64,000 nt of DNA from Tubulanus polymorphus (taxonomy: Eukaryota > Animalia > Nemertea): positions 20,869,101-20,933,100 of the forward strand of contig NC_134025.1 in the NCBI RefSeq assembly GCF_964204645.1, written 5' to 3'. The number at the start of each line of letters is the position of its first letter. Position 1 is the first letter of the stretch. The notes under the pieces were generated by a model. It was given only the letters and a program-made list of their open reading frames with translations, had not been told where the DNA came from and made no database searches. Made by a program: the position numbers and the translations under genes. This document shows, in pieces, positions 39,521 through 52,818 of the stretch.

Positions 39521-41142
39521 CTGAAGAAAAGAGACCGTTTTGTAATTTGTGAGACTTAACACGATAGTTAGAAAATCACACCATCTGAAAAATAATATCG
39601 AACAAACTTATAGAGTTGACCCATTATAGCTTTGGTTGATTACTTCTTCATCTCAAAAAGCAGATGCCGATGCAACTTATTTTTCGCGACAGTAACATTG
39701 ATGACATCATTGAGTAATGTTTGTTTTAAAGATCCTTTTTGGTGAATTTTTGTATTGATTGTATGATTATGGTATTTTGTTTTGTCTGGTTTCGCTGTTC
39801 TTGGTTTATTTGCAACTTGTAATATGTACGCTTTTCTTTCCAATTTATTTGTATCTCATATCATATCCTTATATTCGTTGTGTGTATCGTTCTACTCTTT
39901 TGTATGGACTGATACGATTGATAGATAAATTGTAATAAGTAGAATAGATATTGGAAAAAGGAGAGCGCAATTTTCACTGAAAACAACGTGTTTCTTTCAT
40001 CGCGAAACGATCTGCGCGTGGGTCTGAAATTTTGATAACTTAAACGCATCTAGGGGCATTCTGCGAATACCTTCATAAATGTATCTCACAAAAAATGTTT
40101 GGATCCTCAAATGATATAAGTACAGCGCACTCTGAATGTAAGTCCAAACTTTTTCAGCGAACTAAATCCTGGACAAAATTCCACACGAATGTTTAACCCG
40201 AATTCTGTGTCTACCTGAAAAGGCGGTCATTTCCAGATTTTCAACAAAAGCGGTTTGAAGCTTTTAACTGCTTTTGTTGAAAATGTGGGCGCTTTCGTCT
40301 CGGAAACCAAATCGCCATCTGACGTTCTATTTGAGATAAAGCCGTCGTATACGCCCAGTCGTTCGATGTGTTGCGACGAAACGGCGTACTGCTGAATCCT
40401 ACCGCGGTTTATTTCTAAAGTACGAAGACATTTTCATAAAAGCGTATTCTTAGCTTTCGTATATTAATTGTTGCTAAACAAAATAAATCTAGGAGTATAC
40501 ATGAGTGCCAAATTATAATCAGCAGTTTGCCACGTGGGATTTCTACTATAACGTTGGAATCGCCCGTGAACATTCGAAATGTTACTGGCCATAACCATAA
40601 ACCACGAACTCACCGATACTGCCCGCCAATCTGAATTTAATTTGGCGGTGCACCTCGGTTTAGCGTTGCTTTCCGAAATCGTAATACCTTATGTGTAATT
40701 TGAAGTGAATTATCAGTATAAAAATCCACCGTGACAGTTCGAGAAAACACTGTGATTTAATTGACAGTTTTAAGTATATCGGATGAACAGCGTTGCTCTC
40801 TCTCCCGTTCTACCGTTTCTTCTTTAGAACGCGCGCCGGTCATCAGCCTTTTTTGGTCGCAAATAAAGCTTGCATAAAATGAAATAAAAGTATATTCATC
40901 CAGGTCAGTTGTCACCGTCCCCACAGCTTCATTACGCATTTGCAGTTCTGTCCCCACAAATTACACTTGCAGGCTAGTTTGGCTTCCGGGCAGCATTTCT
41001 TCTCGCTATAGCCGGTCCACGGATCGCACCATTGGTTCCAGCGTTTACAACCTCTGGGCCAGTTGTGGTAGGCGTAGTCGGCTTGAGAACGCGAGCGCCT
41101 ATATTGGAAACAAAATGTTCGAATTTACAACAACCCGCGGGT

Positions 41143-41345
41143 CTGATTCGGGCCAGATGAAACAGAAATGATATAATCGTGAGAAATTTCAGCGATGCAC
41201 CAAATTTCTATCTAACACGAAAGTAGCTCGTATATGAAACGAATATTCATTCTTTAAGCCACGATTAAACCATATCTTTCGTGTAAACTTTGCAGTACAG
41301 TTGAAAATTTTCCCAATTTCATTTTTTTCATCTGGCCCCAATCAG
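41143..41345. mobile_element. MITE with termini related to 12183-12404
   Basis: TIR CTGATTCGGGCCAGATGAAA / TTTCATCTGGCCCCAATCAG. Confidence 0.6.
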
Positions 41346-41969
41346 CTACTCTAAATCATAGCAACGATATAATAATGTTTCAATCATATACATATCAGTT
41401 TTTCAGTTAGGATTCTGAACGTTGTATCTCAAGCACGGATTAGGCGGAAGGTTAGAATTTGAAAATTTGCATCGTCGAGAATTAAAAAGCCTCTTTTCAA
41501 ATCACTGATTATTTAGAAATTCAGAGGGCGTTTTCATTGAATTCGTTAACTCAGTTGAAAATTGTAAAATCGATTATTTCAGGAATGCATAAAATGTCGT
41601 GCGATGTTGTGATCAGAATTGCTCATTTTTGCTTTGTAACGTATAGAACAGTCAGTTACTATCCCTGAAATGATAATTTCGATTTAAAAGCGTCTGCTCG
41701 GGAAAAACAGCAAGTTAGAAATACTATGATATATGAAGACAGAATCCTTAGTTAGCGTGGAAAGTAACACATGCGAGGAGGTTATTAGGATAAATACATG
41801 GATTTTATTTATGAAAACCCATTTGACAGACAGAAAATACGAGATAATGTATCATAATGAATCGGAAACAATTCGTTTAGCCGATTAGGAACAAACGATA
41901 TAGGCACAGGGTCAGCCTTCACCACCTCATAGAAATACCCGTCGCCTCTGAGTCGCTAGTACGATTCGT

Positions 41970-42120
41970 TTATTTTCCGAAGAGCGATCTTGCACATCTG
42001 CAGTTCCATAGGCTGCACTTGCAGTAGTAGCTTTTGCAGCAGAAGAAACGCTCATTTTTCTTACGGTTGTCGCACGTTTGACCCCAAAGCCGGCATTGTC
42101 GGCCGCCGCGTCGGTCGTAT
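41970..42120 (-). CDS. Knottin precursor exon: mature 8-Cys peptide
   Basis: C-x6-C-x10-CC-x4-C-x-C-x4-C-x-C, ending LFGK-stop; long polypyrimidine tract before the acceptor. Confidence 0.9.
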
Positions 42121-45100
42121 CTTGCAAAAGAAAGAGAAATAGAAACAAAGTTTTGTTTCAGTGTCGTTCTAAAAGTGAATAAAACGCGCATACCGCCGCT
42201 GCGCGCGGCCGCCGCAAAGCTGAACCTGCGCCAGTAAGTCTGTGAGACCGTGGACCCTAAAACGTCGTTGGCCTTTCGTTTTAGAGTCCATAGTGAGACT
42301 AAAGAAAACATACCATGCTTAACATGAATATATGAGACGGTTTCACATAGTGTATGTAAGGTGACGGATAAGGGTCTAGAAATAGAACATCAGTGAAAAG
42401 ATTACGATATTTTGGTCAATTTCGGTTCTCAGGTGCACTAAAAGACAAACTGGATTCTTGGAAAAACAAGCTTTCACCAGAAACTTTAATTGATTCTGTT
42501 CGTTGTTCTTTCATTGCATGGCTGTTTTCACGAAAATGAACGAACCCCGAATGTATCAACAAAACTTTAAAAGTGGAGTTCTTAGTAATTGTATCAATGT
42601 TAGGCTACGTAGTAAAATTCCAATTATAATCATCGCTAAGACTGGATATTTTCCATGTCGTCACTGCACTGATTAACAGCGTGTCTTCGCGGACAATACG
42701 TAACGGCAAATATGTCTGTGCATATTTACCGACATCGTTGACAATTGTGGAGTCATTGATACTCGGAATATGGATGAATTTCATTCATTTCCGCGAATAG
42801 ATTCGAGTAGCCGACGCAACGTCGGGTGAATCGAACAATCAATGCTTGCCTTGGTTCACTTAATGGCGTCATTAATCACTGATGAAAGCTCGTATATATA
42901 GCGAGACAGACAAGATGCCCGAAATGTAATAGTTCTATCAGTGCGCAGACGAGGGGAAAGTTGAATTTACACGAACATCTTCTCAAATTTTCTCATTTCG
43001 GCCGATTCGAACGCGTGGTGGCCGCGTGTATAAGCAAATCGTGTGTATAGATTACGTAGGCCGACACATAAGGCTAGAAATTCAGAGACGGAAAATAACA
43101 TAATTGACGGGGAGTTTTTGTACGGATTACGAAAAGCTATTGGCTATTGAGGATGTATTCAGAGGTTTCGCTTGCTCATCAATACCGACTTTAAAGTCTT
43201 CCTTGTTTGCGCGCATAGGTAAGATTGCATTTCTGAGCGAGTGCGTCTTTATTTAAAAAAATACTTCTTGTTATGCCAGAAGAAACCTTATCAACGGCCG
43301 TTTTTGCACGCATTCTATTCCGAACCGATCCTCGCCGGTAATGATGATAGCTCGTCAAAAAACAGGCGGGCGCGTCATAACACAACAGGTGCCGCGTTTT
43401 GTCGACAACGGGAAACTTGCTAAAGAGGGGAAAAACGTTTTCGAAATCTCGCGACCCTGTTATTCCCGAATCTAAGCATCTGATTCAATACTGGAAATAA
43501 CAACGTCGATTATCTCAATGGAGAGTAAGAACCGTTTAGTGTTCTGGGTAAACACTTAGGCGTTAAACACTTAGATTAGGTGATAAACTATTCCACGTGT
43601 CGGCACTTAACGGACACTGCTCGAAACGAAAGAAAACTCGCTTGTTTCGTGACGCATTGCCCCAAAACAAGAAACACTGTTTCGATTGCTATGAGCAATA
43701 TCTGAAAAGCTAAACACCGGCACATAATATTGGCCAATCAGTAACAACCAGCAGATCACGTGATCCTCACTAATTTGATCACATGTGGTACTAATTTTCT
43801 TCGTCGTTGTTGGCACTGCGGATAAGTTTCAGTATGTTTCCTGTTTTGCCGTGCGCGATAATGAGTTAGAAAATCATAGAAACGCGCATAAAAAGAAAAT
43901 ATCTTTGTTCTGCTCTAGGCTCCAAGCCTAGTGCACACCGCAAAAGACCTTCAAACAGATAGCAGAAACAGGAAAGAAACGATTTTGATACGTTTCGAAA
44001 TTAAGTTCACAGCGAAACAAGAAGATGAGAGAAATCCCACAATAATTCAATCAAAAATGAAAAATTCTACGATTGAAAAACAATTTTTCATCTTTGACTG
44101 AATTATGGTAAGATTTCTCTCGTCATCCATCTTACACGGATAGTGTGTATCTTCTTTACTAAGCGAAACATACCGAAAACAAACCCATAATACAAACGAG
44201 TGAGAACAATGGCGGTGATCATACGGGTGATTCAATAGTTGTCACTAATTGGTTATTATGTTGGTGTTACTTTTCTAGCTAGTTGGACATCTAGGACATT
44301 CAAAAAAATGTTTCTTGGTTTGCGAAACCAACAGTTAAGGTTTCAGTAAACTGTGTTTCGTGTTTCACAATAACAAACACAGTCATGAGACAAGTCAGAA
44401 ACGTGCCTGTTTAATGTTTATTTCTTGCCCCGAAGTAATAGCGATGTGCGTAAATGTGTAATGTAATGTGAACCAGCAAACTGACCAAAAACAATAATAA
44501 CCAAGTCCCGAAGACAACAGGAAAACTTGTATCTTAAACGACAAATAATCTGTTAACGTTTGATGGCAATGTCGAAAAGAAACCAAAATATTCATCATGG
44601 AGTAAATATTGGTTTCTTTTAATCTCATTATCATCCAACGAAACATATTCCTGGTGTACAACAAAGGTTTGATTTACAGTTGAAATTGCTCAGCGAAGTA
44701 TTCAACCATTTCCATTTTTCATTATCAATTCAAATCGTTGTTATACAGCCAGAGAACAGATATAAGGTGGGTAACTATCTGATATTTTGAAAATCAAGCG
44801 ACAACAAACCGCAAATTTCTTCGTCTACTTAATCTACAGTTCGTTCTAAAAACAAAACACGAGAATCAGGAAATATGAAAGATAGAATCGCGTACAATAT
44901 CCATTCAATCGTATAGGATAGATATCAAAGTCAGCGACAGGCGGAACCATTTTATTAGTAGTTTTCTTTCTTATTTGTAGAGTACGTAATTGATATGGAT
45001 ATCAAACATTCGATTTGTTTCATTCGACGTATTTCATCGAATTATAACTTGTGTCGCGTTTTAATTTCTTGAATCAAGATAAATTAACATTACCAATATA

Positions 45101-48100
45101 ACAGCCGATATTGCAAATTAGTTTTTTAATGAAATTCTGTTTCAATGGGGAACCCACAACACCAGCTATCCCACCAGATGGCGTGACGAGTAATACATTT
45201 TACGTCGCCAAAATGTTCAATCAACTTTTAACTGAATTGTTTAGACTTCCGAATCCATTATCACAGCACCCACCAAATATACAATTATACTTTAATTTTT
45301 CTACTCGGATATTGATGTAGTTTTCATTGCTAAGTGATTTATCTAAGAAAAGGTTCAGTTTTAATTGAAATGTAGAAGAAATCGACGCGGAAGACCAACT
45401 AGTATCTACTAGCGAACCTAGTGGATCGTCGCCTGGAAGCCTCGATTGCCACAGTAGCGTCGTGGGTACCCCATTGATTCGAATTGTAGTTTCCTATATC
45501 AAAGGTAAATTATATTACAGGTAAGTGTTATCAAATATGATTTTTGTGTGTTATCTATTCGGTGAAATTAAAAGCACTTTTTGATATGTATCGATTTCGA
45601 CGATTTTGAATTAATCTGTGCACGCGCGCGCCAACGATGACTTTCGCTCAACGGAAAATTTTCAACAAAACTATCCGGCTCTACTTTAGAGAAACATCTG
45701 TCACAATCTAAAAACGCTGGAAAATTCATAAAAACTGTTTAAATTAAAGGTATTGAAGTATAAAGGGGCACTCAGATCGCCCTTACAACTGCAACTACAA
45801 CTAGAAGTGACTGGTTCGTAGGGCGACCTGAGTGCTGCTTTACAGAAACCAACTGGCTTATTAAATGATTACATCTTTAATCAAACTGTTATCATAGTTT
45901 ATTATGTTTGCATTTTGGTGTTAAGGTTGACTGTGAGCGTGTTCTTCTTATTGCATTTTCTCTTTTTTTCTTCTTCACTTTTCTCTTTTGAGGGCCCCGT
46001 TTTATATAATAAACTATTTCTTAGTTTCTACGGACCCCTCCAAGTCTAATTTACCGTATTTTGTATTATTATGCTTTCGTACACTATGCTGCAGATTATA
46101 TTTGAAAAATAAAGCGTTCGTTCATTCATTCAACGATCGAAACGATTTTCACAACAATTGACACGAGAACGAGAAGACAAGTCGACAATTATTTCTGTCG
46201 TCACACAAGCAAAAACGAGCAACACTGATCAGGACACGCGCAAAAAATAGAACAAGACATATAATTCTTCGAAACGTATTTTTCGAAACACAATCTAAAC
46301 AATGAGACGTTTATTGGTATTGATCTCGGAAAGATGGCTACGTCCACAAAATCCATGCATCATCCCTTAAAATCACCATAACTGCCCCTATAACATATGA
46401 ACACGTGGTAGTCGGCTAGAGTGGAGACAATGGGGACATTCCGTACCACCTTTTTTTCTCCTCTTAGCATCTTTATGTTGCTTTCGACGTAAACGTTCAG
46501 ACCCCGCCATGATAAGCTATATTAGTATCCCACGCTAATTAGATCGTTTAGTCGGATCGAACGTATATTTGATGACATCTTAGCCGGATTTATGGAGGTA
46601 CCCATCTTTACCGGGACAGTGGCACATCGCACTATTTGGTTAATATAGTGACTCGTTTTTTAAACGAATTAACAAAATATGGGGCCCACGTCAAAATAAA
46701 CACGACGTGTCCCCGCAATTCAACTTATTCGAAGATGTGGAGAATCCGTGGCTCACACATATGGAATGACCAATTATCAAAACGATAACTTTACGTATAG
46801 AAAATGATTTTCAATCTATTCTATGAAGTTTTAGACGATAGTTTTGTTCGCAGCGTATATCGTGAATTTGCATGGACGGGCCAATTATTGAATTCATATA
46901 CGATATCTGATGAACGATATCCAGTTTACACTAGATTAAATAGTTAGATTTTTCAACGACTTCGTCAGATATGAAAACGGACGAAGTATAGGATAGTAAT
47001 TTCTCTTCGGAATGATTTTTTATGCTCACCTCTTCGCCGCCGTTTGAAATACGTCCAACGCAGATTGTCTTTCATCGGAATCGTCGTCATCTGGAATCAT
47101 AAGATTTGAGCTAAAAATACCAGCGAGAGATCTGAGAAATGCACTGCCGGATATGTTATCAATGAAATCGTGTCGCAAAACACCACGATCTATCTGCTTT
47201 AGCGAAATATAAGTTCCTGTTCGTTTGAAGTACATATAATTCGGTGATAAACGGTATTTAAGGGATACGGCCACCATAACCTTGTCGCTAGAATTAGGGC
47301 CGTACTTAATGAAGTTGTGGCAAAAGTACCCCTTTTCATCTACCTTTGCCCTTTTGGAAAGTCTGTAATGACATTGCACCGCAATTCCCTGTACATTGTA
47401 AGAAAATATATTCGGTGAATAACGGTGTTAATGGGATACAACCACCATAACATTGTCGCTAAATCGGGGGCGTACTTAGAGGGGTGGTAAAAGTACCCTT
47501 TTTTCAACTGCTATTGCGCCGCAATTCTCCAGTACATCCTATGAAAATACACTAACACAAAGCCATTGTGCAAAATTATTTTAGCGTAATGAAATATCAC
47601 AATCATATATCCAATAGATATTTGTTGTAGAAATGTAGAAATTATAAGGCTGTTGTCTATTATAAGTTGGATTACGGATTCGATGGTCTTGAAATAATTG
47701 CGGGGGCGGGAAAAATTTAAAAATGAAACGTTATTTTTTTTAAACATTGAATTCATTACCAATTTAGTGATCCAGGAGCGGGATTTATTAACTGCTTTAT
47801 TTTAGAGGTCGTTTTGGGATAATAATATTCGAATATTTCGCTATTTTCCGCCTACACACACTGACTGACGCATCCATTTTTGCAAGTGACGCTATGTACC
47901 GAACGAACTCGACAAAAATATCGATTGTAACACCATTTTCCACCAGCCATGATCTGTGTGGGACGTCACAAGATGATGTGGCAGTGGAAAACTTATAAAT
48001 GTTTATTTTCATTGATCCATATCTATGCTTAAAAATATGGGGGTGGCGGGAAAGAGTAAGAATAATTTTTTTTTATACCGAGGAATGTTTAGAAAATTTT

Positions 48101-49771
48101 GCGGCGGATCCGTCGTACAATTAATAGTAAAAATCGGCCTAAGAAGAATCGTTGTATCGGTGTTTGAACCTACAGGTGACTGCCCTTTTCAAGAGTGTCT
48201 CTGCGCTATCCACATTCAGAGGAATAAGGCCATGTAAATATGATATTTTCAAGATTTGTTCTATATCCGTAAAGTAACGCGCATTTGATGATGCTTGGTT
48301 TTAAAGTTCAAACCGAGGAAGAGTTAGCTGCGGTAAAACGAAACCGAAACTTGAAACGCGAGGTGCAATTTACCGACCAGGAGTTCATACGATACGACAA
48401 AATGCTGGCGAGATTACGGCGATACGGTTTCGTTTCATATTCGGCGCACAATGGCTTTTAGCCACCATTTATCTCACCGGTTCTACATGGCGACAAATAT
48501 ACTTAAGAGGCACTCGTCGGATTTGCCACAAAATGGACGTATAAACGTAACTAATCCCGCTTATAGAGGATGAAACTCCGCTGACCATCGCTTTAATTAG
48601 CGTGCACGTGAACCGGGGTGTGAATCTATACAGTGTTTCTAAGGTTACGTGTCGTGTAATTAAAGAATATTGTAATGTAAATTTGCGAGCTTCGTTTAAA
48701 CTACGTACGGTAATAAACGTGTATTGTGGAGCGGTGTGGCCGAGTGATAAGAGCGTTCGACTCTAAGCCAGGTCGTGGGTTCGAACCCAGTACATTAACG
48801 TAGTGTCCTCGAGCAAGACACTTATTATCCTCATTGCCTCTCTCCACCCTTACTTCTCACCAGAGAGAGATGGCTGATATATGAAAGAGTTAAATGGCTG
48901 GGGTAATAATACCGAAAAATGTAAAGCGGTCTGAGCAGCTTCGCTTATCGTTATTATCATTCACGCGCGCCTACCCGAATGCGCGTTCAAATATTATCAA
49001 ACGTAAACCAAAAAGTGAATGAGAAAAGCTCAATCCTTCAATTATCCTTATAAGTCTAAGTATTTTCCACAAATTGAACGAATACCGGCGACGCCCTCGT
49101 ATTTCATATTGGCCATAGATAAACATCAAATGAATTCTGCGTATATTTGAGATGTAAGTCGCCGATATCTATAACCGATGGCGTTTATAGACACCACTGT
49201 GATTCATTAATCAAGTAATCAAACGGGGCATGGCACGCCGCCGAGACTGCGTGTGACGTTTTACAACTGTATAAGATAGAGCGTCGTGGAAAACCGTTAA
49301 GAGTGCATTTGGCGTTTCGCATAAAACAATTTTCCGTATAATCTTTTAATATCGGGTCGCGCGAAGCCTTTCGTATACGGATCATTAACCGATCAGAGCT
49401 CAAACGGCGAGACTTATTTATCTAAATATGAGAACGATTTAAACGCGTTGACGGGACCGTGAATACACTTTCATTTATAACCGAAAAATGAACGAGTATA
49501 CACAAAACGCCTCTGCCCACGCGTAATGAATCACAGAACGATATTTGGAACTAATCAAGCATCGCGAAAATATGAAACATCAATACCGATATTAGAGCGA
49601 AATGCGTCTTTTATTATCCGTACTCGTTTTCCTTTTAAAGGCAAACCCTAATTAATGAAAGTAATGGATACGTTGATGGGGTCACTTACCTCCGTAGAAA
49701 CCAATGCTGGAGCATAACACCACGGAAAACGTGATGGCTAGGATGTGTATCCTTAAAGCTGTTGATTTCAT
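41970..49771 (-). CDS. Secreted 8-Cys knottin prepropeptide (agatoxin-like/agouti-like peptide precursor), 97 aa, 3 coding exons
   Basis: Exons 49771-49690, 47090-47030, 42120-41970 give MKSTALRIHILAITFSVVLCSSIGFYG-DDDDSDERQSALDVFQTAAKR-YDRRGGRQCRLWGQTCDNRKKNERFFCCKSYYCKCSLWNCRCARSLFGK*; phases 1 and 2 are compatible. Confidence 0.85.
45144..45476. repeat. Dispersed repeat family E, copy 2
   Basis: Similar to 15599-15914. Confidence 0.65.
45768..45835. repeat. Short inverted repeat
   Basis: GCACTCAGATCGCCCT / AGGGCGACCTGAGTGC. Confidence 0.5.
47030..47090 (-). CDS. Knottin precursor exon: acidic propeptide ending in KR
   Basis: gattccag acceptor and AG|gtgagc donor; other AGs at 47111 and 47132 make the exact acceptor uncertain. 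Confidence 0.7.
47248..47510. repeat. Diverged ~95-bp direct repeat pair
   Basis: GGGATAC..CCACCATAAC.TTGTCGCTA...CGTACTTA...AAAAGTACCC at ~47248-47343 and ~47418-47510. Confidence 0.6.
48729..48960 (+). mobile_element. tRNA-derived SINE
   Basis: A box TGGCCGAGTG, B box GGTTCGAACCC, core GTGTCCTCGAGCAAGACACTT, TTA-rich tail. Confidence 0.75.
49690..49771 (-). CDS. Knottin precursor exon: signal peptide
   Basis: Acceptor gtttcag at 49789-49790; TACACC-ATG; hydrophobic core; G|gtaagt donor. Confidence 0.82.
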
Positions 49772-49933
49772 GGTGTATGTCGGTGAAACTGAAACGACAG
49801 ATTTTAGTTAATAATCATATATACATCCTTGAGTAGATGTAATTGCATTAGATGAGCATGACATCAGAATTGAATTGAGAATTAAACAGTAATATGTAGT
49901 CTAGTTTGACTAATCTCGCTAAAATGTGGTAGT

Positions 49934-50199
49934 CAGGGGTGGATCTAGGATTTCTTCAAGGGGTGTGAAGACCGAAGGCGCCAAATCCACAGGAGAGGGT
50001 CTGGCCGCCCTGCCCCAGTAATTTTCGAAAATGTAGACTTATTTCAGTCACCTTTCAGGGCATCTGATCTGACCGTTATGGAAACTTTGAATCTATAAAT
50101 GTATTCATAAAAACGTATTAAAAAATTGGGCCGCAAAAAAAGGCGTTCGGAAAATGTCAGGGGGTGTACACCCCATGCCCCCCTATGGATCCGCCCTTG
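49934..50199. mobile_element. hAT-like MITE with 5-bp TSD
   Basis: TIR CAGGGGTGGATCTA / TGGATCCGCCCTTG; GTAGT on both flanks. Confidence 0.65.
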
Positions 50200-51583
50200 G
50201 TAGTGATAGTGATGTGATGTCGACGATATTCGCTCCGTACGCCGTTATCTTCATGCTAGAGCAAGTTTATAAAATATAATTCGCCGAACAAAAATGTATT
50301 AGCATAAAACGATGATTTTCGTAGAGATAGATCGTCTTGTTTTCTTTTTCAGACACGTATATGTCAAGCAGATCTTTGTCGGTACATGTTGTATGCGTAC
50401 CAACACCCCGTATCAAATCCGATGGGACACACGACAAATCCTCTGTATACTAATGAGTAAAAAGCTGTACATGTACGCGCCTTGTGAAACATAAAGTAGG
50501 AAATGTCGTGATTTAACTGAATGACCAGTACACTGATAAGCTTCCGTTTTATAGACAGATCTTGAGACAATGTTCACTACGCAGTCATTATCATCTACGA
50601 TAAACTAGACCCCAGCGGCTACGGCGAAGAGAAGATAAACACCTCTGAGACCGTGCAAGCGCAGTGACGTCTGTAATTACCAGCTGTGTTGTTGCATCAT
50701 TAGTTCATTACAGGGAGCCCATATAAAGTTAGTATATAACTTCTTAAAAAGTTTTGAATATATATAGGAAGATATTCCATATGTTTATAGCAATGCGCTT
50801 CCTAATGTTGACGTGATTCGAAGACCCACCAATTGTGTAGACAAGTGATATATAAGACGTACTAGGCGACTGGCAGACTGTATGACTAGACGACTGGTCG
50901 AATGGTGAAATGTAGTGAGCTGTGGTGATGGTGATGATGTGGATTGTGACTGAAACGTTCATTTAGTAAAAAATTGCAAATATATAACTGACCCAGGGAT
51001 TTTCCGATAGCAAACTTTACTTGTATAGATTAGTCAAAACGTTATGTTTCAGTTCCAATATAGAACGGGTGGGGGGGGGGGGTACGATGCATTTAATTCC
51101 ATAGGTCTCGTTTTAAAGTTGTAGATATAAGAAACACTGACGGAAAAAACGGTCTTCGCCGCGAAAAAGAGAAATTGCCGTCTTGACTTCGCTCGCGAGA
51201 TATTAAGTTCGTACCGGGTAATCGAAATTTATCGAACAACGTCGCGTATCAGAACGAGTACACTTTGCGACGACTAATAAACTGGACTAACGTGATGGAT
51301 ATTCTATTTCATAAATGTCGCCACGGATATAAAGTACTAAACCAATATGCATAAATTTCGTGGGAGCACACACTTCACCGTCGTGTTCCGTTTGAATATT
51401 TCACTAGGTAACAACATAAAACATCGTTAAAGAGATACTTAACCCGTAGCCGGTTATACAGCTTGTTGGACATCTTTCATCTTTCAGAAAGAAGTTGTCC
51501 GAATCTGATTCTCGATATTTCTTTTGTTGTGCCAGACAATGAAATGAACATGCAATTTATAGTTCAAATTTTACAGGAATCAT

Positions 51584-51849
51584 TAGGCCCGCACCGAATA
51601 GGGGGCGGGGGTAGTTGGTTGTAGCAAACGAACCCCTAAAATGTTCGGTTTTTGCCCTTCGAAAAGTCGCTGTCACAAAAAATTAGGGTCAAGATTTTTC
51701 GAAATTTGGATACAATTTTTTTTAAATCAATTTTCAAATGACTTATCCGCGTACCCAGTCACTTCATATCTAAGGTCTGCCCTCTTTCACGGTGAAAGTG
51801 CCTATTTTATGAAATTGAACTGCCCCTGAAAAAGCTCTGCACAGGCCTG
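51584..51849. mobile_element. hAT-like MITE with 5-bp TSD
   Basis: Ends TAGGCCCGCAC / GCACAGGCCTG; ATCAT on both flanks. Confidence 0.6.
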
Positions 51850-52610
51850 ATCATATGTGAAATGATAACGATAGCGGTGATGTTTATTTCGTGAAAGTGC
51901 TTTGCATCACGAAATGATCGCAAAGCCCTTATATATCATTGATAGACATACGAGAACGCTCGCTCGCCGTTTCATGTTCCCGATGTTTCATTTTTTCATC
52001 CATGTCCGTCAAGAAAACCGTGTAGGTTAACATTGTGTCGGTTTTCATACCGTCGCCATTTCATCGACCAAGATTTTTTGCGTTCACTGTGAGAGATGAA
52101 GGGGACGTGTAATTACAAGACTCAGTCCACTATTTCTTATGCATGGTAGATTGATATTGATAGGACCGTGTTGTGTTGCACAAGACGTCCATATTTGTCA
52201 TGAAAGTATAGTTCGTATAGAAATGCGAACGCTAGTATATCGGTACGTGACCGAATTCATAAGGTACTAGTTATAAGTTTTAAAGTGGGATGATACTCGA
52301 TCAATAGTCAGTATTCTCGCCATCACTTTCTGGAAGATAAGTTGTCCCCGACTGAATAATCACTCTCATCGAGTAGCTGATATCTGCCTCCATCATCCAT
52401 AAGTGGCCCTTATTAAGTCATATAACGTTTATCACCGGTGCACACGACGGTCGGTACTTTTCGGGTCGTCGTGCGCCGTCGTCAAAATAAATATCCGAAT
52501 AATCGGTATTCTGGGACAGCGCATTGGTACACTTAAATAGTCGTAAGGTTCTTACTCAATTGAAAGCCCACATACGCCACATGAACATTCCTTATTTCGA
52601 AAAAGGATAA

Positions 52611-52818
52611 GGCTAAAGATTGATACCTTGTTTCTCATTTCTGCTTAGCCTAAAGGTTGACCCGGCCGCCCGCCAATCTACGTACCCTTTTTGAAATCCT
52701 GATCAAGCTAACCGTAACAGACTCGGCAGCTATAGAAATGAACTGATTAAAAATCTTATTGCATTTAACAAAATGACCCAGCCGATTGGGAAAAACAAAG
52801 TATCATTTTTGTTTAGCC
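52611..52818. mobile_element. Harbinger/Tourist-like MITE (family B, copy 1)
   Basis: GGCTAAA...GATACCTTGTTTCT / AAACAAAGTATCA...TTTAGCC termini; TAA TSD. Confidence 0.75.

Noticed and set aside
41927-42148. 73-aa ORF overlapping the knottin exon in another frame
   Set aside because: The phase of the upstream exon selects the Cys-rich frame, which carries a recognisable motif
42879-42935. CTGATGA...GAAA hammerhead-like spacing
   Set aside because: No stem II or stem I pairing around the core
48729-48790. tRNA-like sequence
   Set aside because: No complete cloverleaf; it continues into a SINE core and tail and has a dispersed copy
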